Origin: Laetmonice hystrix
Lineage: Eukaryota
DNA: 64,000 nucleotides
Assembly: GCA_965235115.1 (NCBI GenBank)
Contig: OZ249437.1
Span: forward strand, 51,088,001 to 51,152,000
Direction: 5' to 3'
In this document: piece by piece, positions 49,901 through 60,614 of the stretch
Numbering within the stretch: the first letter of the stretch is position 1
Layout of the letters: each line of letters starts with the position of its first letter
Translations under genes and position numbers: made by a program
The notes under the pieces: model-generated
Told to the model about the DNA's origin: nothing
What the model saw: only the letters and a program-made list of their open reading frames with translations
Database searches by the model: none

Positions 49901-52900
49901 TAATAGTATTACAAAAGTTCGCAATTCTGGATGTTTATAGGTTTGGAAACTCCTAACGATTCCTAGGAGGGAGGGGGTAGTGGGCTTCCAAAACGAACTC
50001 TTAACGCTCTGGTTCTAGACGTGATTGTTTTTCAGGACGGGTGAGCAATGGGACTGGTGCTTCATGGCCCCAGATTGTTTCTGCATTATACGCAGTATGG
50101 GCCCATGGAACTTTGGGATATTTCGGTGATTTTTAACCACATTTCCACTAATTCCATCTCTTTCACAGATGTACCAGAAGCTGGGAACAGTTGTCTATCT
50201 CGCTATGTCGGCGGACGCCACCTGTCGGGGACTTCGATCACCACGTGACGGGCCCTTGGTAATGGAGTTCACGCAAGGTTTGTAAGAAGTCAGGACTTGG
50301 CTGAGCTTTAGAAGAATCCCGTAGGATCGTGCAGTATGGTCCGAGTATTAGGCCTTAAATAATATATAACCCCGATCGAGCTAAATAACTAGGCAACTGA
50401 TCGCGTCACTGACAGGTCACGTACACATGTACGTCGTGGTAAATTTCGAACTGTGCCCTTTTTAACCGAGAAGTGTCTCATGGATTCTGTGTAGACTCTA
50501 TTTATAGTTGAAAAACATCTTCATTTCGCGCTGGTGTGTTGGCCCAATCCCCTTGAGACTGTGGCAACCCGGCGCCATGGAGGGTTTGTACCTGCCATGG
50601 GAGGATGCCATGATACAGTCGGACACTGTCAGAGGATTGTCCGTATCAAATGTATCTTTTCATGGGGATCTAACCAGAGATGTTGGCCAGGGTCCCAGAG
50701 CTCAGGGCGCGGACCTTGTATAATGTCAGTGGTCAGGTATACTGAGGCTCGCCCCGGGGGAGATATCTACGTGTCGCAGCCATGTCGGTTTGCTCCGATC
50801 ACATTCCGTCCGTCTCTTGACACGGGACCCGGTCCGTTATATCAACACAATGCCGAGACACATTGTGAGAAGCCAACTCCGCCGCCTTTCTCTTTCCATG
50901 GACAGAAGGATCCTTTCCTATATAGCTGTCCGAAACCAGATATCCAGACACACAACAGTGATGGTCATTACTCTGGTTGTAATGGAAATGTCATACATTG
51001 ATTATAGAGGTACGGCTCGGGACGCTGGGAGACGGTACCTCGGGCGGAGGGGGGGGGGGGGGGGGGTCGGCCGGTCGTATGTCCCTGCCCTCAGACACTC
51101 TTGATGTAGGTGCTTGTATTGAGCTTTTGTATCGGGTCGCATCCCTTGGCTGAAACCTTTTGGAAAGTATACTGTGTAAGAAGTACACGTCCAACTCTGG
51201 ACAAATGATTCGGATGACAAAGGGATTAAGAACTGGAGCCTCTTTCGAAGCGTATTTTTGGGTATCAAAGACCAAGGCTGTTTGGAGTTGTTTATATTTT
51301 GTTTATTCATAAAACCAGTGGGATTCTGATAAAGTTGATTTTATCGGATAGCAACACAACAAAACAACGTTTGCCGAGTATGAAGATACACCATAAAATC
51401 AATGGGCACTGATTAGGTTACGGCCTATATATAGAATGGAAAACATGTAACAAACAATAATAGCACCAGTAACAAAAGCCTTATGTCAAAACGACAACAA
51501 AAGCAACAGAGTACTGGAACTCCAGAGCTCCTAAAATATAAAAGAAAACATACATGTATGTGATATTTCTGAGCCTGAAAGATTTCAGTTTATAAAGTTC
51601 ATCAGTAGTTGTCAGACAGACTCTCATAGGGGTTCCTTTGATACTTTCATGATACAGTGTCTAAATGTCACTTTCCTTTCTAAATAAAGTGACTGTAAGT
51701 ATGGAATGTATGCCTAGACTGTAATGTATAATTAACCACCTCCTGTCCCAGTGTAGAGATATTTTACTTGACCACTCTCGCCAGTGATATTTTACAAATG
51801 TTCCCACCATTGGCAACCGTTAACGCAAGGTCAGAGCTATCAAATAATCCCACCATTGACCAGCTATCGCCAAGGTCGGAGATATTGAACAAATGTCCCC
51901 ACCATTGACTACCACCTCTCGGTCAGAGATATTGAACAAATGTCCCCACCATTGACTACCACCTATAGATCAGAGATACTGAACAAATGTCCCCACCATT
52001 GACTACCACCTATAGGTCGGAGATATTGAACAAATGTCCCCACCATTGACTACCACCTATAGGTCAGAGATATTGAACAAATGTCCCCACCATTGACTAC
52101 CACCTATAGGTCAGAGATATTGAACAAATGTCCCCACCATTGACTACTACCTATAGGTCAGAGATATTGAACAAATGTCCCCACCATTGACTACCACCTA
52201 TAGGTCGGAGATATTGAACAAATGTCCCCACCATTGTCTACCACCTATAGGTCAGAGATATTTGACAGAATCTTCCCACCAGTCACCACCTCCTGCCCCA
52301 GTTCAGATATATATTTTAACAAATATCTCCATATCTCTCGCAGACGTTTTCGGGTGGCCGATGCCCGCCTGTTCTTTCCCTGAATGGTTCACACGGACGA
52401 CATGGCGGGACCTGTCGGGAAGGCGGCTGTACATCCCAGACAACACGGGCCAGACGGTGTCCGTGTCCCACCGACGTCATCATCACGGCATCCCTCAGGT
52501 ACACCACACGTACCGGTGTATGGACGTCAAACCAGAGAACACCACCAATACACAATTCGTGGCAGTCAGCTTTTCCTCGTCCGACTGGTGAGTATAGACG
52601 TGCTAGGAGATAGATTACGTTTTATGAAACATTCGATATGATATTAATAGTGTATTCTTGCAGGACTCCGAGAAGGAAATAATCTGTAGCCGGATCTTAC
52701 TGCACATAGAATTCTGAAGCCTGAAAGGAAATTTTTAAATTGTTAATATTCGGGTTTCAAAGAAAGGTCCGGGTTCTTGGGATTGCGTGGATGGCGAGGT
52801 GAATACGACCTAGAATGTTCTCACCGATACATCGAATGGTTTCACTGTCATGTAGACCTTTTAATGGTCACTTTTGTCGCAGTCTGCCTCCGGCTGTGCC

Positions 52901-55900
52901 TTTTTTATGTTAAATTTCCCGTCTGTTCTTGCAATCCTTTCAAAGATATTAAGTTACGTTGTGAAAACTACCTCTCATGCAGGTAAATCACAAGGACAAC
53001 CGCGATAGATGATAGAAAATAGTTTTGAGAACGTCATCAGACACTAGGTGCATGGTTCGGTCAATCTGTCCGTTTCTTTTGTCTATTGTAACAAAAGACT
53101 GCTTCAATCCCATCTAATAACCACTTGGTCGTGACTCCAGAACGCTGAATTGTTTAAGATTCACAAACCGCACTTGTACGCAGGGGATTGGGAATTGTCC
53201 AGCTTGACATCCAAGGAGACTTGACCTCATAGAATACCAAATTGCTTTTGACCGCAAGGAGAAAATCAGCGTGCGCGAACCTTTCAATTCGACTGAGTCA
53301 TCTACCACAAGCACAAGAATGACAAGAAACGTCCCTGACTAACCTAACCTTGCCTTGGCCTTGTTTTACAAGGTTAGGTCGTCTAAGGTCAGGTCTAACC
53401 ATCCGACAATGGCTGTCAGGCTGGCTGCCGCTTGCATGACCTTTTTCGTTGGAAGTTAATTTAGTCGTGGGGGTGAGATGTGTCTCTTCTTGACACGTAA
53501 TTGTTTAAGATCAACTTTCCCCATTCTTCTGAACCCCCTGCCGAGGGTATGTGTCAAATGAGCCAGTTAGGAGAAGATTAAGGATGTAAAGTCGGTTCCC
53601 AACCGTGTGATTTTATGTGGGCATCGCAGAGAATGGAAGAGGCGATCAGTATCAGTTCGCGATCAGAAAGATGGCTGTGAACTGCCCCGGCCTGGGATGT
53701 CACTGTGGGCCGATATCATTATTATAAAATGTATCAATCATTGGAACAAATTCTACTTAGGAATTAACAAATATATGGGATCAGTAGTTTCAATGGGTCA
53801 GTGCGGAACTCTGGTTCTCCAGTTGCAGGGGTTGATGTATCACAACAATAGAATAATCATCCTGTCCATCAACAATACTAATGTTTGCAGGAACACGGGA
53901 CAGCCCCCCCCCCCTCCCATATTGTGTGGGTAGATACATTCTGTTTGCAGGAACACGGGACAGCCCCCCCTTCCATATTGTGTGGGTAGATACATTCGAT
54001 GGGGGAGGGATAATACCCATTGTGGAGCTATTATCATTGCAGGGAATGTCCACAGCAGCATTGATTGTCAGGAAAGCTATTCCTCTGTTATAGTCACAAT
54101 TACACCAATCGAGCGACATTCAGGCGATTGCATATTCGACTCAAGTTGTACTCAACTGGTTTCGATTGGTAAGGACTGGCTAGTTTGCAAATGGAGTTCT
54201 CTGAGGTCGACGCAAAAGCGTCGTTTTTTTCCTAATTGAGATATTGGTGAAATAAAAGCCTAAGGGAAGGTTACACAACTTCGAGACAGGTCAAGCGTCT
54301 GCTGGAGACACGCTGGCGTCACTCGGGGTTTTTACACGAAGTCTGTGATTCAGAAAATGAAACTCGATGTGCGCTGCTTCACTTTCAGAAGGCAGCTCAT
54401 ATTTGGTAATCAGCTTCTATGCACTGGCATTTAGGCAGCGGGACAAAAGACCGCTCCCTGTCGCGTTACCATTAGCTGCAATTGGAAGGGAACGGATTGA
54501 TGCAGACGCCAAATGTTCGACTTTCCCGCCAAATATAGAAATTGGCAATCAGTCGCTCTATTGTATTTCCAATAATCCATGAAACGGCGCCCATAATTGT
54601 ATATAAAACATGTCGGTAAGACGCCAAAACCACGGCACGCAAATGTCTTATAAGTGAACAGTGGCAGAGCAAATATTGTCATTTAGGTTTCTATTATTCA
54701 CAACAATGCGCGTCCATCTGTGGGTACATGGTGGCCGAGTTATAGTGGCCACCGACATCAGCACACAAACGGTGGTAATGTAAACGTCATATTGAATAGA
54801 ACACGCGACATGTGACCCTCCCACAATGAACGCAACAACAAAATCACAATATTGTCCATTTAGTCAGAAGGCCACGCATCTGCGTGCGGCGGCCTGGCCT
54901 GCAGAACCTCGTGACAACTGCTGCTGACTCTGAACACAGGACATCGGGACATTCTGTATCCGTCTGGAAACTACAGGTCACATCCAACCCCCACGGTGGG
55001 AGGGAATATTCGGGGGGCCGGGCAGGCAGGGTGATTGATGTATAATTTTGGAGGGCATGGCTTGCACCCATCTCCAGTCGGTCAGTCCTTTATGGGCACT
55101 CCGTCAGTAGAGAAGGTCACACCGTCGCCAGATTTGTCAGCGTCCCGCGCACTGATAAGCCGGCTTTACTGGTCGTATTTCATTATTCGCTCAGCATTAT
55201 AACTACCCCCATGGCTATTTCAAAACCAGAAAGTAATCCCATGGCTTTGCAATTTGCCACAAAGTAGAAATTAACTTCCCGTGCCTTTCACTTTCAGTGT
55301 TCTACTGATACGATCTCTGGTAACATTGTAAAGGGCTTTGAATGCTGGTCAAGTTGACTTCCAATTTTGTAGCAAATCAAGTCTGCCCGAGACATTGTTA
55401 TTTGATCCTTTTTTTCGGTTAAATCCCCCTTCTTTGTCATCGGGTATTGGATCAAAAATTACAATCGCGTATCTTAATCCAGCATTGCCTGTTCGAAAGA
55501 ACCCCCTAAGGTAAATGCCACATATCGGTGCGCTAGCTCTAGGACGACGTTTGACTTGTGTCTCTGACCACCACAGTAATTACTGGTATATCGTGCGTCA
55601 CTAGCAGGCTACACGCGTATTCTCCGGCTTTCCAACCAATGATGATAAGCATTAGGACTTGATCAGCCTCCACGGCGAACAAGACGCAAAGCTGTGTGCA
55701 TCTGTCGGCCGAGATTAAAGGGTCTTCGGCAGACCTAGAAGTCGCTGATGCTGTGGCAAGATGACAGCAGCTACCGTGATTGCTCGGAGAAGCGATCCTG
55801 ATTGCTCCTGCATAGGGCACATCTACAAACGAAACCCCCTCCACCCCTACTCTACCCGTTCCACACACACCAAGGCTGCGCTCCCAGCCTCCGGTCTTGG

Positions 55901-57612
55901 TTAATTTAGCGATCTTATCTTCAACTTTGACTGTGGCCAGTCTGCAAAGTTCATCCGCTAGGTTTGTCCGATACATACCGGCCATCGATGCGTGGATCTA
56001 ATAGACTTTTCGACTTTCATCATTTTGTTACACTTCCAATGTCTTTTACATTCCCAACGTATATGTGTATTATATTATACATACATGTATTAAAGTTCAA
56101 ATGCAACTCTATGTTGAATGTCGATTCGGTCTGATATCCAAAAACAAGGGTTTTGTGGGTATCTGAAAGGAAGAGTTTAAGAAGAGGGTATTGGCTAGGA
56201 TTATGTAATGACGTATCAGTATAAATAAGATAATAGCTAATATAATCGTCTCTTTGACAGCACCATGATGTATCAATGCGTCAAAATGGTCAGAAGGCAC
56301 GAACGGGTTTTGGAGATTTACGAAGGTGAGAAAAACCAATTTGTCTGGAGTCGCCAAATAGAAAATTTTACTTATTGAACAGCGGTAAACAAATAACAAT
56401 CAGCATAAGTGTAGTGTAGAATTATTTATCGAGTCGTTTATCCTTTTGGGGAAGAAAATTGCCATTTGGTACTTGTTAATGTTTTTTTTGCAATGGATCC
56501 CTTTAAATGCTGACAGGCTGAGTACACGTACACCTTTACTGGAGTTAATACTTTCTATCGACTTTTTCAGGAGCTTATTTAAACTCGGAGTCGCAGCCGT
56601 GCCTAGAAATTCATTTCCGGGACGCTAAGAAGCACGTTATCTACCGTAAGTGGGAAAAATGCTTGAAGCAACTTCCACAGCTAATCATATTTACCAGCAA
56701 ATCAAGACGTTGTAATGTAGTGTATATATTGTGTGTGGCAGAGCTTATTTTGGAAGCTCATTAATGATTCTTTGCATGCATCCAATTTCTTTCATTTCTT
56801 TGACAGTGCCTTCTGGTATTCATGTGTTAATATGACAGAACAGAATACTAATGTACTAAATTATTTGCGTATTCATCGTTTTTCATTCTCACAGTGCGTA
56901 TGTTTAACAGTTTCAAAATTGTCTCGGATGGATTTCGTTTTCATTTTAATTGAACATGACGATTTCAGTTTAATCTTAATCTAGACCATTGTTCTTTTAT
57001 TCCTTTCAAATGCTCATAGAATTTCTCTTAGAAAATATGTTCCTTGGTACTACATGGGTTTATTTAAGTTTACTTAGCATCATGAGTGTCGAATTCCAGA
57101 GACGCATCCTATATTTCAAACACAACGAGCAAATACTCGATGTTTTTACATTGATTCCGCCAATGGCCAGTGCTTTCTTATTCATTGTTATTTTGCTTTT
57201 GCCTTGAAGCCCAAAACATAATTTACTTATAGTACCGCCCCCCCCCGAGTATAGCCATTTAGCTTTGTATACGTCCAGTATGATCCATTCAATTAAATCG
57301 AAATTAAATCGTTGTACTGCCAATTTATTTTCTTAGAGAGCCCCCGGTTGATGTGGATAATGTACCAGAAGCGGTACGAATTCTGCCCGTCATTGACCGC
57401 CAGTCTTGATTCCTTGTTGACATGTGAATGTAACACTATCCCATTGCCCTCTTGATCCCAGCTCGGTCGCTGAGTGGAACAGCCTGTCCTTACAAAGGTC
57501 GCTACTTGGTTACCAGTGACCCCTCCGACTGTGAACTCTCCGTACTGACCGGATGTGAAACCTCCTCACAGATCGATGTTCTCTCGTCGTGTGTCTCCAA
57601 GCCAGGTGAGTC

Positions 57613-57654
<42 letters not shown>

Positions 57655-60614
57655 TATCGGAGAGAAAAGTTCACAAGAGTACGGTCATCAGATGGCAAGT
57701 GCGATGTGATCAGACTATTGTCATTGATTCCTTCAGTATTGTTTCAGAGTTTTTCAAAATGCAAGTTTAAACTTGTGGGTTTATCCATTGGAGGCTAGAC
57801 TTTTCAATATGCCTTTCAGCCGAGAAGCAGGCAGTACCTATCAGCACGCTGTGTGCTATCTATGAATCTCTAATGTATATTCATGCACATGGCTATAGAT
57901 GGTCTCCGATACATGACTGTTCTAAAGTCCTGATCGAAATATCTCAGTGAAAGCAAACATATTTAAAGTCAGCCCCCTTTCTTGTCTCTGAGGCATCTCA
58001 AACAGACAATCAATATGCTAATATTGAGCCGGAGACCTTCCATGCATCCCCCATGTCTGCATGGAGCAGCACACTTTCAGCAGTGATAAATTGTGGTTGA
58101 CGTTCGGGTCTGTACCAGAGAGCTGATTTGCTTGTAAGAGTTGACTATTTATTAGTGTCTGAAATTATTCAAGTCGACATGGGTAGTATCGTCGAGACGA
58201 GGTCTGAAATTCCCTCTAGGTGCAGAGGTATGGCACTAATAGAAAATCCGGTTTAAAGTCCCTCAAGTACTTACAAGAACATTATAATTCATGAATTTAG
58301 GAATATTTGGAAAAATTCGCTTGTTCCCTGGGCTCCGTTGTCATCATGGTGGGCTTAGCTATGGCATGCGGCTGGTCCTGATATAATTTATCGATTGATA
58401 TCAATACTGAAGACGGTGATTTGTTTGTTAATTCGGACCCGTAGCCCGACCACCAGACATGTTTACTTGGCCTGTAGCCGTCGGACAGGACACATGCCTG
58501 CACATTAGCGCCAGGCCGGGGAGACAGAGAAACACGAACTATTTTAATGAGAGTGTAAAAGGAACTCTCTCTTGGCTTGTATACCCAAGAGAACAGGTCT
58601 AAATCAGACAGCCTCACTGGGCTAGACGCATAATGGGTTAGGCGGACAAACTGATTGGCCGCGGTGATTTGTGTAACTTCCCGGCAAACTTTTTAAAGGA
58701 CAAGTTGCAATCCTTCAGGGCCAGATGTTACAACACTTAACGTCGGCGAATACCTTGTAAGACACACCATATATCTAATAAATGTCTTTATTAAAGGAAT
58801 ACAGGGTGTCCCCCCAAAAATGTCCAAGCCAAACTAGGCAACCTCAGAACCCATGTTCCCCCAATATCCTGATAGGGAATCTTCTTACATGAAAAATAGT
58901 CTTTTAATTCATCCAAATCAGTCAAGCAAATCAAATGTTATGTCATTGTGAAGCGAAGTATTTGTCTCTTTTTACAGTGGCCATGGTCTATAGCTGTCAG
59001 ATAATGAGATCTGGCTAATGAACTAGGGTGTGCCTTTGCTGCACTAAATATGGCATAACTTTTGATTGGCTTGACTGATTTTGATGAAATACACACCGTT
59101 TTTCATGTAAGAGGATTCTTAGGTTAGCTGGTTTGGCGTGGACATTTTTTGGGAGGGGGGGGGGGACAACCTGTATTATCTTGTTGTGAAGATTGTCACA
59201 ATATTTTTTGATATAAGGGAGGTTCTAGTTGTTGGTGGTCCAGATCAGGGTGGGGTTACGATTTTAGTGAAAAAAATTCATATTTACGTACTAAGGCGGG
59301 CTTCCTTAGTGATCTGTATATTAAATCGGCCTTTCTTTCATTTCACAGTTAAAAGCCTGGAGTGCCTGCAGACATGGACTGAAGGAAGTAAAATGTACAC
59401 GATTGCCAGACAGCTCGACCAGAACGCACTGGTCGCAAACTGCTTCGTAAGTCCTTCACCTGGTTGTGTGTGCTCAGAGCGGAAACTAACCGTACTTTGT
59501 GACGACTACTTCCATCTGCTGACAGTTCACACATGGTGTCAACCGCTTCAGGCACCATTTATACGAACACCGGATTGACGCTATAAGAAGGCTGTCATCC
59601 CAAGTGTTCTGTAGTAGTAAGAGTAATATAATGATGAGCTGGCTCTGGCTTAATTTAATTGTAGACGCATTCTGGTGGCCGTTTCGTATCCTGAAAGCTC
59701 ACCCCCTCCGCTGTGAATTCACCTCCTACCCATCTCATTACCACATTGACGCGCCTTCCAATATTTAAAAAGGGTTCGCCTGGCTAACCCTGAGAGAAAG
59801 CGTCGCCTTTTACATAAAGTCGTTTGCCTGGAAACAGAGTGAATTAATTGTGTTTACGGTAGGAATTCAATCAATCAAATTAAGGAGTTGCCAATGGAAC
59901 CGCATGCACGTCGTCTTTGATCGCCTCGGCCAGCGGCAGGTTGAAAGCAGGAGAACAGCGATTTAATTGAACCTTGGTTTTCTTGTAGACTTTCCGAGAC
60001 AATGGAGAAGCTATCGAATTTACCACGGACCGCCGATGTAATAAGGGAACGCCTGATATATTTACACACGGACTTCAGTTAACCCTTGACGCCAACCCAG
60101 GTGAGCTTAGTACAGCATTCTCTCCTAGGTACGGATGGCTCGCATTTGTTTCTGGAAGTTGGGCTTACTGACGTAAGCATTGGGAACGAACTGTCGTATA
60201 ACAACTGCTATGTCAGGAATCCACTGGCATCTTAGGGACGAATTGACCGCCTTCTTTTACTTGGTCACTGCCAACTTTTTAATATGTGCTCATGTAATTT
60301 ATTAAGTTTTTCACTGTGTTTTTTTCAAACATGATATTTGTCTTTTCTCTGAAGGACCTTGTATATTACCGAAGGAAGAGACCAAAGTGACGCAGCCAGT
60401 CGAGAGAAGCGAAGAACCACGTCACGATCCGGGATACAAAATAACTGACCCGGAAGAAGAAGACGAAGATCCGGATGGCAAGGATTACGAGTACAAGAAC
60501 ACCCACGAGTTCTTCCATAATAACTCTGCCATACAAACACACAAATCTAATTACTACAGCAGCCTGGTTTGTTCTCTCACGGCCTTCCTCTTCACACTGG
60601 CCATCCGGAGGTGA
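34886..60614 (+). CDS. Multi-exon gene, 5'-incomplete, 12 coding exons found: Cys-rich, probably GPI-anchored surface protein resembling the DUF7042/DUF7043/DUF7044 family
   Basis: Exons: 34886-34953, 36355-36435, 40714-40887, 49257-49366, 50169-50277, 52344-52587, 56261-56325, 56571-56645, 57462-57605, 59349-59446, 59989-60100, 60355-60614 (1540 nt). Every intron is GT..AG and all 11 junctions keep the frame to TGA at 60612-60614. Spliced product: xESRCFQCLLIMKRHRNIIQYKESYCLSGDTLPDICAQIRVEAILYTLVREGSVPVRCPFQNAFHFSYNNNTGGFCRSPMSYVHACASDARFRFKYRHCDDAAYTYDQVVTFECIATWKDGSDMFMYGGFRAHELTQKDDIYRCFMYQKLGTVVYLAMSADATCRGLRSPRDGPLVMEFTQDVFGWPMPACSFPEWFTRTTWRDLSGRRLYIPDNTGQTVSVSHRRHHHGIPQVHHTYRCMDVKPENTTNTQFVAVSFSSSDCTMMYQCVKMVRRHERVLEIYEGAYLNSESQPCLEIHFRDAKKHVIYPRSLSGTACPYKGRYLVTSDPSDCELSVLTGCETSSQIDVLSSCVSKPVKSLECLQTWTEGSKMYTIARQLDQNALVANCFTFRDNGEAIEFTTDRRCNKGTPDIFTHGLQLTLDANPGPCILPKEETKVTQPVERSEEPRHDPGYKITDPEEEDEDPDGKDYEYKNTHEFFHNNSAIQTHKSNYYSSLVCSLTAFLFTLAIRR*. 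The family label rests on recalled motifs (H-x-N-[VI]-[LI]-Q-Y-K-E, CPF, C-x-A-T-W-K-[DE]-G, D-A-T-C-x-G-L, C-x-F-P-x-W) and was not verified by search. The confidence refers to the gene structure; the family name is about 0.6. Confidence 0.88.
36355..36435 (+). CDS. Coding exon B (81 bp, phase 1 to 1): YCLSGDTLPDICAQIRVEAILYTLVR
   Basis: Acceptor ttatcttttcccag, donor gtaagt. Confidence 0.88.
40714..40887 (+). CDS. Coding exon C (174 bp, phase 1 to 1): GSVPVRCPFQNAFHFSY...HCDDAAYTYDQ
   Basis: Acceptor aatgtttcag, donor gtatgt; four Cys; lies inside track ORF 40665..40904. Confidence 0.9.
42988..43680. repeat. Composite intronic minisatellite, 11 units of 59-73 bp
   Basis: AAGGACAGTGTC starts at 42988, 43061, 43126, 43199, 43264, 43325, 43391, 43452, 43511, 43570 and 43629. 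Constant block CTGCCG(C/T)GGTACAACTCGGCTGTAAGGACAGTGTC. Confidence 0.95.
47959..47971. promoter_or_regulatory. CTCF-like core motif in the largest intron
   Basis: GCGCCACCTAGCG closely matches the GCGCC(A/C)(C/T)CTAG(T/C)GG core. Motif match only. Confidence 0.3.
49257..49366 (+). CDS. Coding exon D (110 bp, phase 1 to 0): VTFECIATWKDGSDMFMY...DDIYRCF
   Basis: Acceptor ttttatcctttgcag, donor gtaagt. Confidence 0.92.
50169..50277 (+). CDS. Coding exon E (109 bp, phase 0 to 1): MYQKLGTVVYLAMSADATCRGLRSPRDGPLVMEFTQ
   Basis: Acceptor ccatctctttcacag. Donor gtttgt is weaker but is the only nearby donor that keeps the frame with the next exon. Confidence 0.85.
51788..52302. repeat. Intronic minisatellite, 47-bp unit, about 8 intact copies plus degenerate edge copies
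   Basis: Unit GATATTGAACAAATGTCCCCACCATTGACTACCACCTATAGGTC(A/G)GA at 51881, 51928 ... 52210. Confidence 0.95.
52344..52587 (+). CDS. Coding exon F (244 bp, phase 1 to 2): VFGWPMPACSFPEWFTRTTWRDLSG...FSSSD
   Basis: Acceptor ccatatctctcgcag, donor gtgagt; GC-rich codons; inside track ORF 52175..52591. Confidence 0.92.
53882..53998. repeat. Tandem duplication of a ~59-bp unit with a variable C-run
   Basis: TGTTTGCAGGAACACGGGACAG(C)n(T)(C/T)CCATATTGTGTGGGTAGATACATTC occurs twice. Confidence 0.9.
56261..56325 (+). CDS. Coding exon G (65 bp, phase 2 to 1): TMMYQCVKMVRRHERVLEIYE
   Basis: Acceptor cgtctctttgacag, donor gtgaga. The junction makes a Cys (tg|c). Paralogous to exon A. Confidence 0.88.
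56571..56645 (+). CDS. Coding exon H (75 bp, phase 1 to 1): AYLNSESQPCLEIHFRDAKKHVIY
   Basis: Acceptor cgactttttcag, donor gtaagt. Confidence 0.85.
57462..57605 (+). CDS. Coding exon I (144 bp, phase 1 to 1): RSLSGTACPYKGRYLV...SSCVSKP
   Basis: Acceptor ccctcttgatcccag, donor gtgagt; four Cys; paralogous to exon C. Confidence 0.9.
57613..57654. repeat. (AG)n microsatellite
   Basis: About 20 AG units with one AT interruption, starting 7 nt into the intron after exon I. Confidence 0.95.
58802..59173. mobile_element. Tc1/mariner-like MITE (372 bp) in the intron between exons I and J
   Basis: Left end TA|CAGGGTGTCCCCCCAAAAAATGTCCAAGCCAAAC; right end GTTTGGCGTGGACATTTTTTGGGAG(G)nACAACCTG|TA. 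Inner inverted blocks: tcttacatgaaaaa / tttttcatgtaaga and aaatcagtcaagcaaatcaaatgttatg / cataacttttgattggcttgactgattt. TA target duplication. Confidence 0.8.
59349..59446 (+). CDS. Coding exon J (98 bp, phase 1 to 0): KSLECLQTWTEGSKMYTIARQLDQNALVANCF
   Basis: Acceptor ctttcatttcacag, donor gtaagt; paralogous to exon D (ECxxTWxxG...CF). Confidence 0.92.
59989..60100 (+). CDS. Coding exon K (112 bp, phase 0 to 1): TFRDNGEAIEFTTDRRCNKGTPDIFTHGLQLTLDANP
   Basis: Acceptor ggttttcttgtag, donor gtgagc. Confidence 0.88.
60355..60614 (+). CDS. Terminal coding exon L (260 bp, starts in phase 1): acidic stalk plus hydrophobic GPI-signal-like tail
   Basis: Acceptor gtcttttctctgaag; ends NNSAIQTHKSNYYSSLVCSLTAFLFTLAIRR then TGA. 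Confidence 0.88.

Noticed and set aside
56807-56897. Alternative exon CAFWYSCVNMTEQNTNVLNY
   Set aside because: AT-rich with intron-like codon use, it ends in phase 0, and the 56261-56325 exon fits motif and phase better.
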